A DNA stretch of 53,974 bases from positions 1 to 53,974 of IMG/VR virus record IMGVR_UViG_3300044648_000096, one strand, 5' to 3'. The stretch comes from a virus. Lineage: Duplodnaviria > Caudoviricetes. Below are positions 17,701-27,300 of this stretch, piece by piece (the stretch's first letter is position 1; every line of letters begins with the position of its first letter). The notes under the pieces are model-generated. The model was not told the DNA's origin. It saw nothing but the letters and a program-made list of their open reading frames with translations, and did not search any database. The position numbers and the translations under genes were made by a program.

Positions 17701-18780
17701 TTTTTCTATACCCTTAGCCAAAGCTTCAATACCTTGTTTACGGGCATTCTTAGCAATTTGATTCTTTACAAACAAACCTTCTGTACCAAACATAATATCC
17801 ACTAGGGCGATAGGGGCGGTTACAATAGATGCAAATGCGATCTTGTCCCTTCCTTCTAACCCTGCGTTTTCGGCAGCACTTAAAGCCTCTGTATAGTTTG
17901 TGGCGTAGCTTGCCGTGTAAGCTTTACTTAATTGTCCCCCGCGACTTGCCCCAGTAAGAAACTTAGATACCCCGCCAGTTTCGCTTAAAAGCCCTGTGGC
18001 TTCGCCGCTAACCGCAGCAAGTTCTCCAATGCCACCAGTCATAGCGGAAGCTGTTAAAAAGGACGTAATGCTTTCCAGCCCCCCAAATACCATTCCCTTC
18101 ACCCCATCGGCTGAATAATTATCAAGGTTAAATATGTCACCATATCCTTTTACCTTGCTTACATCAATAAGCGGTACGTTTTCAGAACTAGGTGTTTTTT
18201 CTTTTGAAATTTCCAGATTACGCTCGGCTGTCTTTACATAATCAGCTTCCTCACCAGTTACCAAAGCATAAGGTAATCCACTTAACCGAACCATATTATT
18301 TACCCCTTCCATCACACCATTTACAATGTGTTTTCCAGCAGAGGTAAAAGAACCATCATCCTCAGCGTCCTTTTGACGCGAAGCAGATAGATATTCTAAT
18401 TTTTCTGAAAGATTAGGGATAGCCTCACCTTTTTTTAATGGACGGGGAATACCGCTATTGTCGTAATAGAAACGACCATCTTCTTGATTTGGATGTTTAC
18501 CTTGTAATGTAAGGATAGAATTGCTTAAATCTTCTCCTTTTACGCCATTAATAGCAAGTTTCTTGATGTAATTCTTTTTAGAGTCATCAAGATCGGTTAT
18601 ACTATTAACAACTTCATCAACCCTACCTTTAGCGTCTTGCTGTTCTTGAACAAGTGTAAAAGCGTCTTTTTCTATTGGTTCCTGAATAACTCCAATCGGT
18701 TTAAGATTGCCAACTGGTTTAACTCCGCTATCAACAGCACCTATTGGTTTTAAAGTGCCTATTGGTTTAATGTCGCCCAT
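11701..18780 (-). CDS. Large polyvalent/ejection (cargo) protein with two zincin HExxH motifs and an LPD23-like region
   Basis: 2359 aa. DTPIHEAGH...EVLAEAIG; GWERGFDGIFRYD; LLHEIQHAIQ...LAGEVEARN; Gly/Ala-rich membrane-like N-terminal region. Confidence 0.75.
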   Translation of the reverse strand: MGDIKPIGTLKPIGAVDSGVKPVGNLKPIGVIQEPIEKDAFTLVQEQQDAKGRVDEVVNSITDLDDSKKNYIKKLAINGVKGEDLSNSILTLQGKHPNQEDGRFYYDNSGIPRPLKKGEAIPNLSEKLEYLSASRQKDAEDDGSFTSAGKHIVNGVMEGVNNMVRLSGLPYALVTGEEADYVKTAERNLEISKEKTPSSENVPLIDVSKVKGYGDIFNLDNYSADGVKGMVFGGLESITSFLTASAMTGGIGELAAVSGEATGLLSETGGVSKFLTGASRGGQLSKAYTASYATNYTEALSAAENAGLEGRDKIAFASIVTAPIALVDIMFGTEGLFVKNQIAKNARKQGIEALAKGIEKEGGEALTKESLEKLFNEATKQAVNEQSFVKQAVGNIVEEGATESGQAAILNASEQIYDSLKKDPKFNTQTFSPQSIAEYLNEFAAGAIGGGAPGLAFVSQERKIERDKKSSENAFNIVRQGTQAVEATRLNVAEALKRGEITESESEAILTKLNAFNDYNNQTRDLKIDDAKKRELFDLTFQKENLESKLRVIGDKEKLQPIGQGIYNSIEKESQAIQKQINDLILESQIKDEIVVSDKTIQDQIKKEQPKKDGEKKVEPKNPALKALLGRMKSDGTETAKKEDKRSYDEIDAKEWNHKSKMSYRDKHAKLAESMGDKVIVGKLSEDQFIDNFGDEPKINETYSVELPDGKKMKFASTMTREEGFKGHFRQEFFPEFDEKNMVGVPIAIKAVEVPAIGEGSTSKKAIKAFRTDNGKTVGWLKATNTGKKKEFTDEQEEWLKDEEIKLNDIPPSSESKGETKPPVKPTPKPNVKGVATKQDFVNQRIEELQNDPDADFDQDLADSGTYEYLFGNEYDKIYGKTNQTENAQSVSQEESVARPSKESTDEGSKQQKTKKLGTGKKKRSGVIKHSEKVEALKHEVFDPYGLALQYFIGNGRVAISSINKLFKNSKAERDKRISYFGKNARTIEQIAEYIIANNEGLILPMDEVVNAVEDVVIGFHSPTEMARALNEVVGKNSPENNPVQDIINEISEIADEKGIGEELNQAISELEQLDDESLKKLDQDENWEGDTSDIISDDGTDTPFQKFSSVEGDAIKVAEHIQKVMPKIKVVIDPTMIVAGKLSADGKTISINPFYAGIDTPIHEAGHVLIDAIGYNNKTIQDAIKQLKGTKLWSDTKSRYSELNEEMLGKEVLAEAIGREGAGIFAKESQTSRFKAYLSYIFDWFKRKLGLDKNIAKSLAKQIIAGVRTKQLAGTDNKVEQKQIISANANLEEYQQRALETAVLMETEGKSAEEIYQATGWERGFDGIFRYDLIENQDDFLLNDSILNLINDFLTKTKERFSIKLGKLSPNANVFKAYPDLKNLKVEFYDDPKNETEEKAKGIYDSGTNSIRINATSFGLGDRGRVNGRTANTDGGIHTKERRLRGLRGILLHEIQHAIQKIDFLEPGGEPNQKLADKLKKKLISENKELPDDLPKEAYLRLAGEVEARNATYRTSLSEENRVKTPISETESFKRSEQISAIPGKEQVSLDDFDQKEFNLYRKKIGRDIKEEKELLKALEDAIENEDLSEEDLALAESERDNILDQIEADKQAYIDYLKTEESLDKIENSTSLEDIPLDELIKTYQAIYDEAKANETYPDRAQLKKIKERIGYVLNNIRKEELEKQYGKEITELANQRDLTGREFWTKSMGNISQEFPAIQELYNEFNQANLDREKERYKLKTELEKAGKAVIREVNKKNGVIDWAKGLVTSNSAKYFQFVENNGKLLTIEEGRKKGLSDAQINFLKIMRELVSEQNKISGKETNGDLQVIKTDQGFWEAFGNGGFMEAVSLYMGGGNNVDVEVTYTNPNTGKTEKVPYKEAQRAILSYAEKGLKQKGIAVGKLLSLAYKAKKAAYKSPYNINYGGMLTSKFDKEYDKPVGYSKDYYAAAMQLIDDITHVKHMNKVVPLADSVELFYQRLGVDRKDEGKAQMQYGNILKYIKEWKDEQIYQRTKEIDPFIDLPLSFFRRLTSMTIMAFNAPAAVMNVVIGNYNNFRAEGGKYWLKGQGRFFGGKDRAGYGTVSKKAVNILDRYNVVSSDLDSNPKAHIGKLFEMLSFGATRFGEYQIQGSMFLGQMTDEEWNSFDENGNIKPGVDEKALMKKITQYKDEVSNIQGKYNPKDRRMFMRSELGKSAAQFKNWMPDWWRERFGSEYYDSKGVLHRGSYNMFTKQAIKELKEDWNRYNIATAWKNKQARQNLTEAMFIGALYVMTHSGDEDEKKRKQALSLENALEQILFVYDPSQLKYLLKSPVASIGTVEKFINALEAMMKGDSKNFNKNAKKLIPYNKSYDLVAGDTKK

Positions 18781-18782
18781 AA

Positions 18783-20246
18783 TTATTTTCTAAAATCAGA
18801 AGCTTTACCTAAATATTTACCATTTGCATCAAAAGCATTTCCAGCCTCATCTTCAAAAATTTGAGTTTGCCCTCCGCCAAAATTACTTTGTTGTGGCAAA
18901 TCAACTAACTTATCAGGCTGAATGCTTGCATCGTATTTAATTCTAGCCCTATTATCGTTAGCATCAATCGGTAAAGAGTATTTTACTTTAATATAATCGT
19001 ACTCTTTCCCGTCTTTATCTACTCCCTTTTCCTCTGTGGCTTGCCCTACAAAGTCTGACGCAATGCCATCTACTGTAAACGCACCTTGTTTGTAAATTTC
19101 ATACTTCTCAGCCACATCTTTAGGCAGCTTAACATACCCGGTTAAAAACTTAATACCATTTGAGGTAATGAAGCGATTATCGTAATGAAAATCATGCCCG
19201 GTAAGATCAACCTTTTTACCACTCTGTCCCTGTAAAACAATCTTAGGGTTGTCGCCCCAAACTTTTCTTACCGCTTCCGGGTCAACGTATCCGGCAAGTT
19301 TATTAGGGTTTTTAAAATTCTCATCAAACGAGCTAAACGTTGGTTGATTAGAGCTTCCGCTTGCTTTTGCTCTCGCTGCACCTTCCATAGACATATTGTG
19401 TCTTTTTTGTTCAGCTAATTGCGACCACTGTAACTGTCTTTGGAATTTAGCATTAGGGTCAGCAACATGATAATTCTTATCAAAACCTCCGCTAATCTGA
19501 TCTTCTACCCACTTCTCTATCATGTTAGGGTCAGTCATTCCTAATTTTCTTGCCTCTACCTCGATCTGTCTTGCGTGTTCTTGCCATGCGGATTTCTTTG
19601 TAGCTCCAAGCGACTCTGGATTAGGGACAGTCCACCAATCACCATCTTGGTTCTTAACAACCTCGTAGTTTTTAATTCCCTTACCCAACCCTTGTAATGT
19701 TTGGGATAAATTGGCAACAAAATCTCTTGGTCTTTGATAAACAAAAGCTTTTGCTCCTTCTTTTTCTGCACCTTCTATTCCAAATTGATTTCCGTATTTA
19801 TCGTAATTATCAAACTGTTTTAAAATTTCCTGATAAGCTTCCTGATCGTACATATTAGGATTCTTCTGCATCGCAGCTAAATCTTCTTTTAGAGCCTTTT
19901 TAGCATCACTGTAAGCAACAGCCCTAATCACATTCTCATTGCCCTTAATATCATTCTTAATGCTTTTTAATTCAGCTAAAGTATTTGGGTCATATTTCCA
20001 ATTAGGTCTTTCCCTGATTATTTTAGCAGCATCCATCATGCGTTTTTTCGCGTAGTCCTTGATGATAGGGTCATCGTAAACGCTACCAGTAGCTTCTGCG
20101 CTAAATTGATCTGCAAATAATTGTGCAGAAGCGGCAGATTGAGCTTTAGCCCTTTCTATCTGTAAGTTGTGATACCGTGAGTCATTTAACCTTTGGTCTG
20201 CTTGTAAATCCTGAGCAAGCCCTAAAAGTTGTCCGTATTCTGCCAT
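18783..20246 (-). CDS. Putative ejection/cargo protein
   Basis: 487 aa, helical Gln/Ala/Lys-rich, positioned among cargo genes. Confidence 0.6.
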   Translation of the reverse strand: MAEYGQLLGLAQDLQADQRLNDSRYHNLQIERAKAQSAASAQLFADQFSAEATGSVYDDPIIKDYAKKRMMDAAKIIRERPNWKYDPNTLAELKSIKNDIKGNENVIRAVAYSDAKKALKEDLAAMQKNPNMYDQEAYQEILKQFDNYDKYGNQFGIEGAEKEGAKAFVYQRPRDFVANLSQTLQGLGKGIKNYEVVKNQDGDWWTVPNPESLGATKKSAWQEHARQIEVEARKLGMTDPNMIEKWVEDQISGGFDKNYHVADPNAKFQRQLQWSQLAEQKRHNMSMEGAARAKASGSSNQPTFSSFDENFKNPNKLAGYVDPEAVRKVWGDNPKIVLQGQSGKKVDLTGHDFHYDNRFITSNGIKFLTGYVKLPKDVAEKYEIYKQGAFTVDGIASDFVGQATEEKGVDKDGKEYDYIKVKYSLPIDANDNRARIKYDASIQPDKLVDLPQQSNFGGGQTQIFEDEAGNAFDANGKYLGKASDFRK

Positions 20247-20248
20247 AA

Positions 20249-22765
20249 TTAGATATTATTTATCCAAGAATTATTGTAATAATCGTATTGGTTTTGATTC
20301 AAAGATTCATTAGCTAATCTAGCCCCGCCAACTATATTTTTTATGCCAGCACCAGCTAATGCTGCCCCAGCCTGTTGCTTGGCGTTGAAAGCATTCATGG
20401 CATCGTTAAATAATTGCCTTGACATACCCGCTCTTTGCGCCGATAAAGACGTTGCGTATTCTTGCTTATTTTGCTTTACTTGATTATCTGCTATTGAATT
20501 TTGTAAATTACTCATCACCGCATCATTAATTGCAGTACGCTCCATATTAAAAGCTGCCCCGGCATTACCCCCCGAATAGTTTCTTGCAGCAAACCTAGCA
20601 TCATTTAATAACGCTTGGTTCTTTTGATCTAAAGCAAACTTTTCATCATTTGTAAATCCAAATTTAGCATTTGCTTGAGCTAAGTTTACATTAGCGTCAA
20701 ACGTTGGGTCTATTTTATCAATAGGGCGTTGTTCGTTGGTCGCCTCTAATCCTTTCTTTAATTGCCACGCTCCAAATCCCATATCCACTAATCCTGATGG
20801 CATATTAAAATTCTTAAATAAGTTTTGAAGTTTTCCGCCCCTGTTATCATCACCGCTACTTTCAATTTGCGGATGTTCTTTCTGATACTTCTGAGCCGAT
20901 TGGTTTAATTCCTTTGCTTGCGCATCAGTCAAATCATTGGTTTTTGTTCCCGGCGCAAGTGGGGTTTGCTGAGTTCCGGGAACCATAGGGTAATCTCCCG
21001 TATCATCTGCCATTGAAGGGGCAAATCCTAACGCCTTAGCTAATGCGCTATTGTTAGGCTTTTTTGTGCCGCTAGAAACGGTTTTGCTGTTTTGATTAGT
21101 ACTAGGCTTGGTTGCACCACCTTTAAATTGATTAAAAGACGGTTTAGCCATTACGTTAGGTATTCCGCTAGCTGGCTGTTTTGCTGATTGAGTATTAACT
21201 GACGCAGACTTTGTTTTAAAGGTTCCGTCATCGTTCCAGTTCTTATCATCATTCACAAACTTCAACCTGTTATCAGCCTCATCAAATTCTTTTTTTGCAG
21301 CATTTATTTTATTAAGCACATCTTCTCTTTCGGCATCATTCCCTGCCAACTTATAAGAAATATCCTTTAATGAATTATACTTATTTTGTTTTGCTTTCCA
21401 ATCCTTGTAAAGTTCAGTTCTTACTTTCTTTTTCTTTTCGCCAACCTCATAAGCAGATGCTCTTTTGTTTCTTGCCGCCTCATCAGCTTTTAACCTAGCC
21501 TCTTGATCTGATTTTGCTTTAGCTTCTTTAGCTTTTTTCTCGGCTAACTTCTTTTTCTCGGCTGCCACAAAATCATCATCCTTTTCTCCACCTTCTCTAA
21601 AATTATCTCCGCCCTCTGCATTAGGGGCTAAGGCATCTACATCAACACCTTTTTCTTCGAGTTCAGACACCTCTGATTTAGTAAATAAATATTCTTCATC
21701 GGAAAGCTTTACAGGCGTTCCGTTCTTCTGGTGAAGTTTAGCTTTCGTATTTGGGTTTTTACCCAATACAGCGGCTTTAAGCATTTTCGCAATGTGAAGA
21801 TTTTCATTTGGAACAACAAATGAACCGTCTTTAATCTCAGCATTAATACTGTCAGATTTAGGCGTTCCCTTACCTTTAATTTCCCCGCCATTTGCGTATG
21901 TAGCTTCGTATATTTTATTTGTTTTATCAGAAGCTAATATTCCAGCTTCGCGGTTCTGAATACCTTCTTTTGCTAACTCCTGTTGTTTTCTTTTCTTTTC
22001 TTCGTTAACCTTAATTACATTGGCAATTTCTTGGTTATCTAAATTATCCCTGTAAGCTTTTGCGCTCACTCCCGGTAAAAACACAGAACCTATTTTTTCA
22101 GCAGTACTAGAATTCTCATTCGACCAAGTTTCGGTCATACCCCTAAATGGGTCAACAAATGCACCAATCTGAGCGTTTCTTTTTGCCGCTTTTTTATCAG
22201 TGAATGTTCCGTCAGAATTAGTTCTTTCAGCGTTTTGCTTTATTGGGTCGCCAATCATATTTCCAAATGCAGCAATACCCCCAATAGCCCCTCCAATCGG
22301 GCCAATTTTAGATACCGTACCCATTCCTGAATTGTAAACTGTATTGCCTTTTCCTTGAGCTTGCTGACTAGCAAAATAAGAGCTTCCAACAGCCCCTAAT
22401 GCTTCCCCTGCTGCGTTTTGAGCGGCTTTTGAATTTGCTGCTTTCCTATCACCGTCAGACATATTAGAGTTCTTGCCTACGTAATTTCCCTGAAAAGAAT
22501 TAACGCCTTGAGAAATTCCCCCTCCAATAGCAGATGAATTATCTGAGAAATTATCATAGAAACTAGAGCTTCCTTTTGATTGAAATTCGCCACCTTGTTG
22601 TGATTGCAAAGTATTACTAGAAATATTTTCTCTTGTAATCGGTTGCCCGTAAGAATCTGTGATAATATTACCGCTTGAATCTATCGCCCTGCCCCTATCA
22701 TCATAACCAGCGATTTCCCCGCCGATTGAATATCCTTTTCTTTTATAACCTTTTGGAACTTTCAT
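20249..22765 (-). CDS. Putative ejection/cargo protein (start likely MKVPKGY at 22765)
   Basis: Gly-zipper segments, coiled coil and (Y/F)xxGG motifs. N-terminus resembles that of the upstream gene. A TAnnTTTG element at 22784-22791 overlaps the longer predicted start. Confidence 0.65.
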   Translation of the reverse strand: MKVPKGYKRKGYSIGGEIAGYDDRGRAIDSSGNIITDSYGQPITRENISSNTLQSQQGGEFQSKGSSSFYDNFSDNSSAIGGGISQGVNSFQGNYVGKNSNMSDGDRKAANSKAAQNAAGEALGAVGSSYFASQQAQGKGNTVYNSGMGTVSKIGPIGGAIGGIAAFGNMIGDPIKQNAERTNSDGTFTDKKAAKRNAQIGAFVDPFRGMTETWSNENSSTAEKIGSVFLPGVSAKAYRDNLDNQEIANVIKVNEEKKRKQQELAKEGIQNREAGILASDKTNKIYEATYANGGEIKGKGTPKSDSINAEIKDGSFVVPNENLHIAKMLKAAVLGKNPNTKAKLHQKNGTPVKLSDEEYLFTKSEVSELEEKGVDVDALAPNAEGGDNFREGGEKDDDFVAAEKKKLAEKKAKEAKAKSDQEARLKADEAARNKRASAYEVGEKKKKVRTELYKDWKAKQNKYNSLKDISYKLAGNDAEREDVLNKINAAKKEFDEADNRLKFVNDDKNWNDDGTFKTKSASVNTQSAKQPASGIPNVMAKPSFNQFKGGATKPSTNQNSKTVSSGTKKPNNSALAKALGFAPSMADDTGDYPMVPGTQQTPLAPGTKTNDLTDAQAKELNQSAQKYQKEHPQIESSGDDNRGGKLQNLFKNFNMPSGLVDMGFGAWQLKKGLEATNEQRPIDKIDPTFDANVNLAQANAKFGFTNDEKFALDQKNQALLNDARFAARNYSGGNAGAAFNMERTAINDAVMSNLQNSIADNQVKQNKQEYATSLSAQRAGMSRQLFNDAMNAFNAKQQAGAALAGAGIKNIVGGARLANESLNQNQYDYYNNSWINNI

Positions 22766-22838
22766 TATGGATGAGTTTTGATTCAAATATAATGCTTATA
22801 TACAATAATTTATAAACAACTTATAAAACAAAAAACAA

Positions 22839-22870
22839 AAAAGCCCGTAACATTTAAGTACGGACTTTTT
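22839..22870 (-). terminator. Intrinsic terminator-like hairpin
   Basis: AAAAGCCCGTA...TACGGACTTTT flanked by A/T runs. Confidence 0.55.
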
Positions 22871-22916
22871 GTAGACTACTATCTGGTCGAACCCTATTTT
22901 CAACCAAACAGCTTTG

Positions 22917-23726
22917 TTAGCACATTCTACCGCCCTTATTCATTCTTGGCGGCTTTCTGAACCTCTTTACTTCCCCGCCATCCTTAAATGATGCGGAAAC
23001 GCCCGTAATACCTCTTTTAACTGGTTTATTAATTAAATATGGATTATTGTCTTTTTCAGTTACCACTTCGCCAGAAGTTGTCCTGTTCGGCAACATAGTC
23101 TTGCCAGTACCATCATCGCGTATGGTCGTTTGCCTTAACTGATCTAATGTTCTTCCCGTTCTGTAAGGTGTTAAATCCTGTCCCGGAGTCCATTTAGCTG
23201 GGTCAACCTTAACTTCAAAGCCATCTTTATCAACAGTTACAACTTCACTTTGATTAACTTGCCCATCAATGTTATGAAGCTTATATCCAGTCCAGTAATC
23301 ATTGGTTTGCTCAGGTACAAACGTAACCGCCTCTTGTCGGCTTACCGCTGGTTGAACCTTTGCGCTTGCAACGGATGGCTCTATAAATAGAATTTCTTCC
23401 GCCGATTGCTGTGCGGGTAGAGTGGTGGTAGTTGACCTTCTTGGCTTGATTGGTGGAGCTTTTTTAAACCCGGTTGGATTTGTTGTCTGTATGGGTGTTG
23501 GATTAACGGGTCGAGTCCTCGTTTTTTCAACTGGCGGAGTTGTACTTGCTGATTCTTTTACGAAATAAGTTTTTCCATCAGAAGATGTTTCTTCTTTGTA
23601 ACCAGACCTCAATAATTCATCCCTAGTCTTGTTACTTTTTAAACCTTTAGAATAATCTCGTAATCGCGGGTCTTGTGTTCCGCCATCTGCGTAACCTGTA
23701 CGCTTAAATCCTTTTGGTAATTTCAT
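22917..23726 (-). CDS. Hypothetical late protein (possible cargo)
   Basis: 269 aa, Pro/Thr-rich, with YADGG, FKDGG and MNKGG motifs. Confidence 0.65.
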   Translation of the reverse strand: MKLPKGFKRTGYADGGTQDPRLRDYSKGLKSNKTRDELLRSGYKEETSSDGKTYFVKESASTTPPVEKTRTRPVNPTPIQTTNPTGFKKAPPIKPRRSTTTTLPAQQSAEEILFIEPSVASAKVQPAVSRQEAVTFVPEQTNDYWTGYKLHNIDGQVNQSEVVTVDKDGFEVKVDPAKWTPGQDLTPYRTGRTLDQLRQTTIRDDGTGKTMLPNRTTSGEVVTEKDNNPYLINKPVKRGITGVSASFKDGGEVKRFRKPPRMNKGGRMC

Positions 23727-23774
23727 AGGTTGAATATAATTAAATAAAACACCACAAAATTAACTATTTACTAA

Positions 23775-24350
23775 CTAATAATAAGAACGCCTCATAAACA
23801 CCGCAGTAGCCCATCCGTTTTTAAACGAAACCCCCTGCTTATCCTGTTTTCCAAAAATAATTTGATGATGTCCCTTCATTGACATATTCCAATTCTCAAA
23901 AGCAGATTTAGCTAAGTTGTCAGAAATTTCATCAATAGTTTTGCCCTTACTATAAACGTAAGTTATTACCTCAGCAAGCCCATATTCAAGCCCCAAAGCC
24001 TCACCCCTGTCGGAAGGTGTAACCCCTGAAAAAAAATCAGTATTCGGTGTTTCGTAATGAGTCATTTGAGAATTATTGCCGATCAGCCAGTCGTTATGGT
24101 TCTTCGCCACTAAACACAAAGTATCACAAACCTTTATCGGGCTTAAGCCTTGCCTAATCCTGTGCCTATTCAGGAGATCACAAAACTTCTTAGCTGCCAA
24201 CTTCTCAATCTTTTGAATTGAGTCGTTCTGTCCATTACAAACATAAGCCCCAAGCAAGAATAATACACAAAATAAAAGGATGACAAGCTTTAACCTTCTC
24301 TCGTTTCTTTTAGTGGTTTCCATATCGTTAAACTCTAAATTATTAAACAT
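23775..24350 (-). CDS. CAP/SCP-domain secreted protein
   Basis: Hydrophobic signal, LLNRHR..QGL, H..W, HYE, AEVI, WNMSMKGHHQII. Confidence 0.75.
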   Translation of the reverse strand: MFNNLEFNDMETTKRNERRLKLVILLFCVLFLLGAYVCNGQNDSIQKIEKLAAKKFCDLLNRHRIRQGLSPIKVCDTLCLVAKNHNDWLIGNNSQMTHYETPNTDFFSGVTPSDRGEALGLEYGLAEVITYVYSKGKTIDEISDNLAKSAFENWNMSMKGHHQIIFGKQDKQGVSFKNGWATAVFMRRSYY

Positions 24351-24390
24351 CGTTTGAATTGTTTAGTTTAACGCAAGTTTTGATAAAAGG

Positions 24391-27300
24391 TTACAATTTT
24401 AATTCCAAGATTGATCTTAGCCACTGTATAACGGTTCGCCTACCAGCTTCCGTAGTTGGTACGGTATCGTAGTTCTTCTTAACCAATTTCATCTTATAGT
24501 AATAGTCAGTTATGCGTCCCTTCATGCGATCTAACGCTACACTCCATGTCCATGCCCCGTCTATGTACTTATAATCTTGGTTCCATGACTTGATGTTGGT
24601 ATCCGACGAACTTTCTGTTGTTCCTGTATAATAAACATCAGTAATATTACTTCCAACGGCTTTAGCTATTACGTTTAATGGACTAAATGCTGTTTGGGTT
24701 TTAGGATTAACCACAACTTCAACTTCGTTATTCACTACCCTGCCGTAGAATTTATTGTACATATACCCCGGTGGAGTTGTAGCATAACTTGACTCTTGAT
24801 TCTCTACGTAAATCTCGTTGGTTTTATTTAGAGGGGCAAATATTAATACACTTGGAGTAGCGGCATAAGTAGGTACATTTCCAGCCGCAGTAACGATATA
24901 TTCAGTCGAAGCAACACCTATAACCTCACCAACCACAAAATCAGTGCTAGGCATACTCGCCCCGTAATACTTAGTCAGGTTCTTTGGATTGTTTGCCGAC
25001 AAAACTATCTGACCATGCCTATGCCAAATCGCAGGGTATTTATCGTAAAAGCCAATAAATTTACCAAGCCTATGGTGATAGCCAATAGTGAAATCTTTGT
25101 TCAAAATACTTAATGTGGCCGTGTTAACCTCGTTCTTAAACTTAAAGGTCAAATAGCTCATTTCAAACTTAGGGTCATATACACCAACAATACCTACGCC
25201 CATAAGCGGCATATCGCTTGTTCTCGCCCATGTAGGGTCGTTCAAAAAGTTAATGGTGTATGTTTGACTACCGCGCTCTACAAATATCTCGTTAAAGAAG
25301 GATTTAAGCCCTTTAGCGGTTGTTATTGCTTGTACCCCACCATCCATAATACACACATCCTTATTGCGCATATCAAACCAAATCCATCCGCCATCGGTTT
25401 CAGTTAACCCATGCTGGTGTTGGTTGCCGTAAAACTCTGATAAGGTAGTAAAGTTGTCTATTACCCCGCCAGTTCCCAATGAAGTAGCTGAACCGCTTGT
25501 ATTAGAAATAACCTGACGTTCTAGCACCGGGCTTGTACCTATACCGTGATTTTGCCAGTATATAATGCGATCACCTTTAGTTCTTACGTTGTTTATTTCC
25601 CCAAGCTGACCATCAACATCCTTATAATCATTGGTTAGAAACTTTCTGAATGAATCTTCCGTTTCCCCCGGATATTTTAATCCCGCAAATCGCATCCTGA
25701 ATTTAAACTTTCCGATATTAGGAAAAGCCACAGGAAGCGCAGGGTATTTTACATTCTGACCTTGTGCTGAGTATCCCGGATTGTATGAGTATTCTTCGGG
25801 GCGCGATGGTGAATAACAAACTCCGTTAGCCCCACCCATTCTATCATTGCTTATTTTTCTTCCCCGGCGAAGGTTATAATTCACATTAGACTCACAAGGG
25901 AAATATAATCCTAAAGAATATCTTATTGCTGAGGCGTTATTTTGCAATCCATAACCATAATCAACCAATGTTGTATAACAATCTCCCCCACCAATCTCTA
26001 CGTTATTAAACTGATACACGTTAGCTTTTGCGCTTAAAGCGGCTGTTGCTCCCGATGTTGTATCGTTTATTGTTTCGCCAACCGAGAATGTGCCGACAAC
26101 GTTTGTTACGTATATCTTAGTCCCAACAACATTTCTTACCGTTGCAGTCGCTCCCGATGTTCCGCCAGTAATACTATCACCTGCCGCAAATACACCAACA
26201 ACAGTTGTTAATGATAATTCTAAACAAGAGGTATCTGTTAGCACAGAAGATGTTATTGGCTGGAAATGCCCCGTTGACATATACAGCGTGTTTGCTATTG
26301 CCTGATCTGTACTGCCTCCGTAAAAAGTAGATTTATCAGTAACAACATTCATAATAATTTTTCGGGCATTCAACGGGTCTACAAATGTCCCTACATAACT
26401 ATAATTATAACCAGCCGGAAATTGACCATAGTGCTTAAATTCTGACGCTGGATTGATTATTATTTTCTTACCACCAGTGGCTCCACGACCCTGTAATGAT
26501 GTATAACCACCCCCGCCAGAGCAAGTATCATCTGCATTTGAAATAGCGTGAGGTATAATGTTATAATTTGTATAATTATCACCAGTAGTAGGAAATCCAA
26601 CAACGGTAGCATTCTCATTAATAGAAACAAAATTGCTTATCTTAACGCTACGCAAACTACCAGCATCGGCAGCTAATGGATAAAACAATTTAGCGTACAC
26701 ATCTTCTACGCCATTACCAGACCTCATTGCCGTTGCGCCCCCGCCCGGATTCCAAGTAACTGGGTCTAACCAACAAGCTTCCTCTATGCTTTGGTTAACC
26801 TGAATATCAGTGTCAGGCGTAAATCCTGATAAATGATCTGGCGAAATGTAACTTAATACACTACTAGGCACAGTCGTAAAACCAAGTCCACTAGCTCCAA
26901 AAGTATCAGCTATTGTAGGGGACGGCCTTACGTTATCCGGCGACAATGCGGTGTCCTCTACATTTTGAAACACTAATCCCTGAGATACAATTCTAGCATC
27001 CCTTTCCGCGCGTACAATACTAAAACCACTAACGTTATTAGCTAATTCTTCTGAAATTGTGATGTTGCTTGCCTTTATCAAAGATGGGTTTAAGCACCAC
27101 ATATTTGTCCCGGCATAATTGAACCCCCTCATTAAACCACCCTTTGTCGAAACATTAGGTATTTGGTAGTCCCCCAAATGACGCACATAAAATGGATTTC
27201 CTTTTTTATCGTAAAAAAGAATACCAAATCTATACCACTCCCTTGACCAATATCCGCGAACTGTACTTGACACTAATGGGTCTTTGTAATCCCAAAATGC

